From Candidatus Moraniibacteriota bacterium (GTDB lineage Bacteria; Patescibacteriota; Minisyncoccia; Moranbacterales; UBA2206): DNA of 64,000 bases. Of this stretch, positions 57,471 to 64,000 are shown piece by piece. Position 1 is the stretch's first letter; each line of letters begins with the position of its first letter. The notes under the pieces are model-generated. The model did no database searches. It worked only from the letters and a program-made list of their open reading frames with translations, and was not told where the DNA came from. The translations under genes were made by a program, and so were the position numbers. The DNA lies in NCBI GenBank assembly GCA_037137555.1, contig JBAXKA010000001.1, forward strand, positions 1,874-65,873, read 5' to 3'.

Positions 57471-58634
57471 TTAGCCAGTAATCAAAATTTTTATTTGCTC
57501 GACTGCCACAAGCGAACCGAGGGCAACAATAATTCCAATGATCGCATATGTTCCCATTTTCTTAGCTGTCTTTATTCGCTCATCATCACCATAAGCTGTC
57601 ATATACATACTGCCAGCAATCACTAAACTAATTATAGCAATGATTCCCACAATCGACAAGAGCATTGACAAAACTCTTGTCGCAATATCTTTAATCGTTG
57701 GTGCTCCCTGGAGTTCACTCCCAGGCAAATTGCCTCCCAAAATTTCTTGCACTTGTGCCAAAAATGTTGGTGCCGCAATTACAATCGCCAAACCAATCAC
57801 CGCACCAGTCCAACAATCTTTCGCTCGCTTCAACATTGTAGGATCCCCCGCTGACATCATATACAAAATTCCACCCAACACAATAAAAATAATCGCCAGC
57901 GTAACCACAAAACCTTTCAAAGCAGTCAAAAGCCCAGTCAAAACCCCCTCAATACTATTAAAGTTAAGTGGATTAACAAAAGAAGCAGAGGTGCTACTAG
58001 TGCCCGAATTAGATCCTGTACAATAAGTAGTACATGCGCCCTCCTTTATTGAACCCTTTGCGCATGTTCCATCTGTTTTTGGACTATCGCAAGTTGCAGT
58101 ACTGCCACTACCATCCACACAACATTTGGAGCTTGTGCAATAAGAAGAGCAATCATTATCTTTCTTTTTGCCAACAGCACATTTTCCATCAGCATCAGGA
58201 ACTCCTGGACATTCATTGGGAGTTTTACTTTCATCAACACAACATCCTCCTTTTGTACCACCGCATTTACTAATTTGATTACAAGGTTTTTCTGTTGGTT
58301 TTCCTGATGAGCAACTCCCCCCAGGAAAAACATCCGTACATTTATCCTCACAACACCATTTTTCAGCTGTGGCACACTCCTTGTCAATTGGACTACCATA
58401 GCCAGAACATACAGAAAGATTTCCATCGCAACAACCTTCTTGCGTACCCCTTGTGTATTCAGTGCATTTTTGACAAACCCCCGCAGCTACACAATCACCA
58501 GCAGTTTCAGCTGAATGACATTGATTATTGAAATAACAACAGTCTGGATATGCATTAACAATACCTCCCCCAAAAACTCCCATCAACATAATCACAAAAA
58601 CTGCCAGACTAAAAAAATATTTTTTCTTTTGCAT
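57471..58634 (-). CDS. Cys-rich surface protein fused to two tandem VirB2/TrbC-like pilin modules
   Basis: Signal/TM, then about 180 aa with more than 30 Cys (CCxxNxC, CxxC patterns), then two copies of the W/LLxxxGxxAIIxxVxxGxxYMxxxGDxxxxKxAK module. Confidence 0.5.
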   Translation of the reverse strand: MQKKKYFFSLAVFVIMLMGVFGGGIVNAYPDCCYFNNQCHSAETAGDCVAAGVCQKCTEYTRGTQEGCCDGNLSVCSGYGSPIDKECATAEKWCCEDKCTDVFPGGSCSSGKPTEKPCNQISKCGGTKGGCCVDESKTPNECPGVPDADGKCAVGKKKDNDCSSYCTSSKCCVDGSGSTATCDSPKTDGTCAKGSIKEGACTTYCTGSNSGTSSTSASFVNPLNFNSIEGVLTGLLTALKGFVVTLAIIFIVLGGILYMMSAGDPTMLKRAKDCWTGAVIGLAIVIAAPTFLAQVQEILGGNLPGSELQGAPTIKDIATRVLSMLLSIVGIIAIISLVIAGSMYMTAYGDDERIKTAKKMGTYAIIGIIVALGSLVAVEQIKILITG

Positions 58635-58658
58635 TTTATTTTAAGAATAAATTAAAAA

Positions 58659-60035
58659 TTATTTCATTTCCAACTTCCGAATTCTTTCTTCGGCTGTTCG
58701 CAAGGCATCTGACACACTGGAAATACCTTTGTTCACATTATCAATCATCTCGGCAAAAATTGCTTCTGTTGCCACAGGATCAAGTTGCATCCAATTTTTA
58801 GCTGTCAGATTACCTTTGGCAAAAATGCCTAAATCCATATCGGCTTTTTGTTTTTCAATTAAATCTCTTCTGGCGGCTGGTTGTTTAGTTTTTTCCAAAT
58901 ACGCTTCCGCTGCATCTATTGCACTGACTGGTTTTTTTACGACTGTTGTGGCTGAAGTCGCAGCTGTCAGTGACGCTTCAACTTTTGTTGTGAGATAAGT
59001 CAAAAATTTCCAGGCTTCCGCCACACGAATTTCATTTGTGATTGGAGCTGTTGTGCTTCTTGGATCAACTTCAATAATTTTATTGCCAGCCACTGCATAG
59101 CCCCAATAGTTTGCATAATTAACTGGAACACTAAGATTTACTTGCGGAGCATCGGCCACTGCAAAATTTAATTTTGGTGATTTACTTCGAATAACTGGCA
59201 GTTGCCAAGAATAATTTAGCATCATCGCCAGTGTTCCCTCGGAAAAAGCATCAACAGAATAATGTGATTGTGTATTCCAAGAAAAGTTAGGCGCTCCGCT
59301 TGTGGAAAATTGTGTATAAAAATCCAAGGCCTTTGTGGCACCAGCATCATTGCCAAAAGAAACGCGATTACTTGTGTCTCGCAACCTTGCTCCATTTTGT
59401 AGCATCAACATGCCCAAAACATCGGTTGAACGATTGATATTATAGGCCATTCCCATCGCTGCGCCGGAAGGATTGATTTCTCCAACTGCATTAATTTTTG
59501 TAATTTTTTCGGTTATTGCCACAAATTCATCCCAAGTTTTTGGTGGAGCAGTTACACCCGCCGCATTAAATAAATCTCGATTATAATAAAGTGCGAGCGA
59601 ATTAGCTGAAAGTGGCACAGCAAAAACATCACCTTTGGAAACAAAATCATCGGCACAAACATCCACAAAATCTTTGCGAAATTTTTGTTCTGTCAAGATT
59701 GTTTTTGGTGCAGCAACTATCTTATTCGAAAAAGTTGGCAACCAGGTATTGTGAATTAAAAAAATATCTGGTCCTTTGCCTGACGCCAAAGCATCAATCA
59801 AATCTTTTTCATAAGTCTCAATTCTTTGTTTTTTATAGACAATTTCACCAATATTAGGATTTATTTCACGATAACTTTTGAAAATTTCGCCAAAAGTATC
59901 ACTGTCATCAATCGCCCCCCAAACTTCCAGATTGACTTTATATCTATTCACCGTTGGTTTACATCCACAACCAGAAATAGTCAGGAGACCGATAATTAAA
60001 CAGGCTGTCGAAAATAATTTAAATTTAGTTTGCAT
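58659..60035 (-). CDS. extracellular solute-binding lipoprotein (ABC transporter SBP family 1, sugar-type)
   Basis: Lipobox LTISGCGC, about 458 aa, SBP_bac_1-like periplasmic fold features. Confidence 0.7.
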   Translation of the reverse strand: MQTKFKLFSTACLIIGLLTISGCGCKPTVNRYKVNLEVWGAIDDSDTFGEIFKSYREINPNIGEIVYKKQRIETYEKDLIDALASGKGPDIFLIHNTWLPTFSNKIVAAPKTILTEQKFRKDFVDVCADDFVSKGDVFAVPLSANSLALYYNRDLFNAAGVTAPPKTWDEFVAITEKITKINAVGEINPSGAAMGMAYNINRSTDVLGMLMLQNGARLRDTSNRVSFGNDAGATKALDFYTQFSTSGAPNFSWNTQSHYSVDAFSEGTLAMMLNYSWQLPVIRSKSPKLNFAVADAPQVNLSVPVNYANYWGYAVAGNKIIEVDPRSTTAPITNEIRVAEAWKFLTYLTTKVEASLTAATSATTVVKKPVSAIDAAEAYLEKTKQPAARRDLIEKQKADMDLGIFAKGNLTAKNWMQLDPVATEAIFAEMIDNVNKGISSVSDALRTAEERIRKLEMK

Positions 60036-60040
60036 ATTTT

Positions 60041-60634
60041 TTATTTTTCAAAAATTATTCCAAAATGGAAATGACTAATTTCAATTTCTCGCACAATAGT
60101 TAGACCGCAATCTTTGGCTAATTTTAAAATTTCTGTTTTCGAAATACGCAGATCACTAGTTGGACCGAAAGTTGAATCACCCATATTCCATTCGATAACT
60201 AAAACTTTTCCACTTTTTTTCAAAACACGCACGGCTTCTTCAAAAATTAAATTTTTACTTTTATTTTGAAACAGCATATTGACCAAGCACACCAAATCCA
60301 AACTGTCGGCTTCTAATTTTGATCCACCAGTCATTTCTAAGTTCGCTCGCTTAGTCACTACATTATTAAGTCCCAAAATTTTTGCTTCTGATTCGATGGC
60401 TTCTAATTTTTCTTTTAAAATATCCAAAGCATACACCACGCCACTATCCCCCACTTTTTGTGCCAAGGGAAAAGTGAAATAACCAGTGCCTGCTCCGAAA
60501 TCTCCGATTAACATTCCAGTTGTAATTTCCAGCGTATCAATAATTGCTGAAGGATTAATAAATTTCAAGCCAGAAGATGCTTCGTCTGCTCCACCAAAAT
60601 TATTGCCTGTTATTTTTTTTTCTTGTTTTTCCAT
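60041..60634 (-). CDS. class I SAM-dependent methyltransferase
   Basis: Motif I LIGDFGAGTGYFT. Start placed at MEKQEKK (60634) rather than at the start of the long ORF. Confidence 0.7.
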   Translation of the reverse strand: MEKQEKKITGNNFGGADEASSGLKFINPSAIIDTLEITTGMLIGDFGAGTGYFTFPLAQKVGDSGVVYALDILKEKLEAIESEAKILGLNNVVTKRANLEMTGGSKLEADSLDLVCLVNMLFQNKSKNLIFEEAVRVLKKSGKVLVIEWNMGDSTFGPTSDLRISKTEILKLAKDCGLTIVREIEISHFHFGIIFEK

Positions 60635-60762
60635 TTTAGTTTTTTTTAAAAAAATATTTTTTAATTCTCTACTTCTATATATTACAACTAAATTAAAAAA
60701 ACGACAAGCCAGCATAAACTACAGTCTTTACATAAGTTGTTTTTAATGCTAGCTTTAACTAT

Positions 60763-61287
60763 ATGGAGATTATTACAGCTACAATTGAAGCAAACTTATT
60801 TCTGCTATTTATTGTTGTTTTTTTAATTTTAATTTTGGCACTGATTTGGAATATTTTTTTGCATCTGAGATTGCAGAAAATCGAAACTGCCAATGCCATA
60901 TTTTTCAAAGGAGAAAAAGTTATTAACTTAGAAGAGCTACTTCTTGAACAAGCTAAAAATCTCAAAGTGCTCGACAAAGACATTCAAGAACTCTATGCTA
61001 TTTCTAATGAAATAAACAATTTGGCACTCCGTGGTATTCACAAAGTTTCAGCTATTCGTTTTAATCCTTTCAAGGATGTTGGTGGAAATCAAAGCTTCTC
61101 GATTGCGTTATTAAATGGAAAAAATACTGGCATAACAATCACCGCATTATATACAAAAGAAGGCACTCGAGTTTATGCCAAAGCCATCACAGAAGGTGAA
61201 TCAATTAATTTTCCCCTGACAGATGAAGAAAAAATGGCCATCAAAACCGCTCTCCTGCCAGAAGAACCTAAGAAAATAAAAAAATAA
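60763..61287 (+). CDS. hypothetical membrane-anchored protein (DUF4446-like)
   Basis: N-terminal TM, about 174 aa, divergent from infB. Confidence 0.4.
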   Translation: MEIITATIEANLFLLFIVVFLILILALIWNIFLHLRLQKIETANAIFFKGEKVINLEELLLEQAKNLKVLDKDIQELYAISNEINNLALRGIHKVSAIRFNPFKDVGGNQSFSIALLNGKNTGITITALYTKEGTRVYAKAITEGESINFPLTDEEKMAIKTALLPEEPKKIKK

Positions 61288-61339
61288 AAACGGCTTTAAT
61301 AAATTTGTTAAGTTATAACTTCATTAATTTAAAAATATC

Positions 61340-63121
61340 ATGCCAGAAATTGAAAGAAAAAAAGTTATTCTCCCACCATCAGTCACCGTAAAAAAATTCG
61401 GTGAGCTTTTGACAACGCCCGTTAATATTATTATTACCGAGTTAATTAAAAATGGTATTTTTGCTACTATCAATGAAAAGATTGATTTTGAAACGGCTTC
61501 TATTATTGCCAGCGATCTTGGCTTTGATGCAACGGAAGAAGTTTTTGACGCTGGAGACACAATGACTTTGGAAAAATTGCTAGATATTTGCAAAAGTGAA
61601 ATAAATTCAGGAGAAAATCTCAAATCCCGCCCTCCCGTTGTCACAATATTGGGTCATGTTGATCATGGGAAAACAACACTCTTGGACACAATCAGAAAAA
61701 CTAGCGTCGCCATGAAAGAATCTGGCGGAATCACACAACATATTAGCGCCTATCAAGTAAAAAAGAAAGGTCAACTAATCACTTTTATTGACACTCCTGG
61801 TCATGAAGCTTTTTCTGCAATGCGTGAACGCGGAGTTAGTCTCGCTGATATTGCCGTTTTAGTTGTGGCAGCTGATGATGGAGTGCGACCACAAACCAAA
61901 GAAGTAATTGAATATCTTTTGGCAAAAAAAATTCCAGTTGTTGTTGCCATTAATAAAATTGATAAACCGGGTGTTAATATTCAACGAGTCAAACAAGAAT
62001 TGGCCGAAAATGGAATCCTGCTTGAAGAATGGGGTGGACAAGTGCTTTCATCGAAAGTTAGTGCTAAGCAAAATATTGGCATTGATGATCTTTTAGATAA
62101 TATTTTATTGATTGCTGAAGTGGAAGAATTTAAAGCTAATCAAGAACGAACAGCCCTTGGAATAATTCTGGAAGCGCATCTCGATCCACATAAAGGTCCT
62201 GTTTCAACTATCTTAGTCAAAACCGGAATCCTGAAAGAAGGTCAAGATGTTATCGCTGGAAATACTTTTGGACGGGTGCGCCGACTAGAAGATTTTATGG
62301 GAAAAAGAATTGCTCTGGCTTTGCCTGGCACGCCGGTTAGTTTAATTGGTTTGCATGCCACGCCTAATTCTAATGACATTTTGCAAGTTGTAGCTTCAAA
62401 ATCTATTGGTCAAGCGAAATTAAATGAAGCAAAAATATTTTCTCATGCTGAAAGTGGATCAAACCTAAACACAGAAAAAATTTATTCCAGTCTTGCTAAT
62501 GAAAAAATTGCTAAATTAAATATTATTATTAAATCCGATGTCCATGGTTCACTAGAAGCAATCCAACAAATACTGAGCGAAATAAAATCTGACAAAGTTG
62601 CCATTGATTATGTTGGCACTGGCGTTGGTAATATTACGGAATCAGATGTGCGTTTTGCTGGAAGCTCTAAATCAATTATTTTCGGTTTTAATGTTGAAAT
62701 TACTCCGGTTGCCAAAAGAATGGCAGATGCTAGTAATGTCTTGGTGAAAAATTATAAAATTATTTATGAACTAATTGATGATATTAAAGCTCGTCTGATG
62801 GCGATGCTACCTGACGAATTCGAAAGAGAAGATTTTGGCAAAATGAAAGTCCTCGCTATTTTTAAAACTGGGAAAAAAGACATGATTGTTGGCGGAAAAG
62901 TTACGGCTGGTCGCATTGAAAATAATTCTTCTTTGGAAGTGGAAAGAAACGACACGATTATTGGCAAAGGCGTAATGGGCAATTTGCAATCCAATAAAGT
63001 TGATGTTAATGATTGCAAGATGCCAAATGAATGTGGCATTACTTTTATGGGGGAAACAAAAATTAAAGTTGATGATATTTTAATTTCTTTCAGAGAAAGC
63101 CCTAAGAAAAAAGTTTTATAA
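61340..63121 (+). CDS. infB: translation initiation factor IF-2 (short form)
   Basis: G-domain GHVDHGKTTLLD, DTPGHEAF, NKID, and C-terminal beta-barrel domains. Confidence 0.9.
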   Translation: MPEIERKKVILPPSVTVKKFGELLTTPVNIIITELIKNGIFATINEKIDFETASIIASDLGFDATEEVFDAGDTMTLEKLLDICKSEINSGENLKSRPPVVTILGHVDHGKTTLLDTIRKTSVAMKESGGITQHISAYQVKKKGQLITFIDTPGHEAFSAMRERGVSLADIAVLVVAADDGVRPQTKEVIEYLLAKKIPVVVAINKIDKPGVNIQRVKQELAENGILLEEWGGQVLSSKVSAKQNIGIDDLLDNILLIAEVEEFKANQERTALGIILEAHLDPHKGPVSTILVKTGILKEGQDVIAGNTFGRVRRLEDFMGKRIALALPGTPVSLIGLHATPNSNDILQVVASKSIGQAKLNEAKIFSHAESGSNLNTEKIYSSLANEKIAKLNIIIKSDVHGSLEAIQQILSEIKSDKVAIDYVGTGVGNITESDVRFAGSSKSIIFGFNVEITPVAKRMADASNVLVKNYKIIYELIDDIKARLMAMLPDEFEREDFGKMKVLAIFKTGKKDMIVGGKVTAGRIENNSSLEVERNDTIIGKGVMGNLQSNKVDVNDCKMPNECGITFMGETKIKVDDILISFRESPKKKVL

Positions 63122-63125
63122 ATTT

Positions 63126-63458
63126 ATGCCCGCCAATCGCCTACCAAAAATTAATGAACTTGTACGGAAATATGTCAACGACATTATTCTCAGAGAACTC
63201 TCGCTCAAGAGCGGAGTTTTTTTGACGATTGCCAAGGTTGACACCAGTCCAGATGTTCGCTATACTCGAGTGTTCATTAGTGTTTTTCCTGAAAGTGAAT
63301 TTGCTTATGCCCTGAAAACGCTAGAAAAAGAACGACACAATATCCAGCTACTTCTCAATCAAAAACTGCGTATTAAACCTTTTCCTCGCCTTGAATTTAG
63401 AAGTGATTTCACGGAAAGCGAAGCGGATAAAATTGAAAAGTTGCTGAAAGAACTCTAG
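63126..63458 (+). CDS. rbfA: ribosome-binding factor A
   Basis: 110 aa immediately after infB. KH-like RbfA fold motifs (VRYTRVFISV). Confidence 0.8.
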   Translation: MPANRLPKINELVRKYVNDIILRELSLKSGVFLTIAKVDTSPDVRYTRVFISVFPESEFAYALKTLEKERHNIQLLLNQKLRIKPFPRLEFRSDFTESEADKIEKLLKEL

Positions 63459-63486
63459 AAAAAATTACTGTTTAGCTTTTTTGCTT

Positions 63487-64000
63487 ATGCCTAAATTTGC
63501 CAAAGAATTTCATACTTTGAATTATGCTATCCGTGGCTCAGAAAATATTTTGCTTTTTGCCCACAGCCGACCTGACGGAGATACTGCCGGATCTGTTTTG
63601 GCGTTGCGAGAATACATACAAGTTTTGGGAAAAAATGTTGATATCGCCTGTTTCGATTCTTTTCCAGATTACTTAAGCTCATTTTCTTCCGTGGCTTTTA
63701 TTCATCCTGACAAACTGGATCTGGGAAAATATAAACTTATTATTGCAGCTGATAGCGTTGAACGCGGTTTTGAAAAAATCCTTCCCCTTATTGATACAGA
63801 AATAATTACGGCTATCGTTGATCATCATCCTGACATCACGATTGCTGGCGACATAACTATTATTGATGCGACTTATTCATCGGTTTGCGAGATGGTTTAT
63901 GATTTTTTTATTTCCAATAAAATTGAAATCACCAGAGAAATGTCTATTTTTTTAATGCTCGGCATTATTGCTGACACGGGCATATTACAACATTCCAACA
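63487..64000 (+). CDS. nrnA: DHH-family phosphoesterase (NrnA-like oligoribonuclease/pAp phosphatase), 5' partial within the window
   Basis: LLFAHSRPDGDTAGSVLAL (DHH motif I) and DHH at about residue 100. The ORF runs off the window end. Confidence 0.65.
   Translation, partial: MPKFAKEFHTLNYAIRGSENILLFAHSRPDGDTAGSVLALREYIQVLGKNVDIACFDSFPDYLSSFSSVAFIHPDKLDLGKYKLIIAADSVERGFEKILPLIDTEIITAIVDHHPDITIAGDITIIDATYSSVCEMVYDFFISNKIEITREMSIFLMLGIIADTGILQHSN

Overview
This is a low-GC (~30%), gene-dense bacterial window. By inference from its small streamlined genes, the many HEPN/MNT pairs and the type IV pilus cluster, it has the look of a CPR/Patescibacteria-like genome. Housekeeping genes are partial glyQS, rlmN, mreB, murA, gyrA, trmD, rodA/ftsW, metG, rsmI, tatD, infB, rbfA, nrnA and two tRNAs. 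Between them sit accessory elements. (1) A ~2.8-kb cargo island lies in the 5' end of trmD, bounded by perfect 51-bp direct repeats; it carries a DUF262-HNH nuclease, a GIY-YIG nuclease, an array of alternating hairpin repeats and an EcoRI-family N6-adenine methyltransferase. (2) An IS200/RAYT-type transposase has a REP-like palindromic element inserted in frame; a second, inverted copy lies 4.2 kb away on the far side of the tRNAs and gyrA. (3) There are three paralogous AAA (AAA_14/DUF4143-like) ATPase genes. Two of them form duplicated cassettes with MntA/HepT (MNT/HEPN) pairs, with near-consensus sigma70 promoters and conserved 5' UTRs. (4) A second candidate type II R-M pair is present (a gamma-class N6A methyltransferase plus an unknown 256-aa ORF). 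(5) A complete type IV pilus operon is present (two pilins, PilC, PilT, a REC domain protein, PilB, PilO/N-like proteins, PilM), next to a large membrane protein with a degenerate PP2C-like domain. (6) An AbiEi/AbiEii pair is present. (7) Next to it is a compositionally distinct (GC-richer) two-gene module of unknown function: a soluble 249-aa protein and a 401-aa membrane protein with a long Ala/Lys/Glu coiled-coil. (8) A cluster of four paralogous VirB2/TrbC-like (T4SS-pilin-like) genes is present, including a Cys-rich protein with two tandem pilin-like modules, plus a DinD/Bro-N-like gene. (9) A GC-richer stretch carries a NUDIX gene, a degraded ISNCY-like IS remnant with recognisable terminal inverted repeats, a secreted GH5 glycoside hydrolase and a RhuM-Fic fusion. 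No rRNA and no CRISPR array were found.
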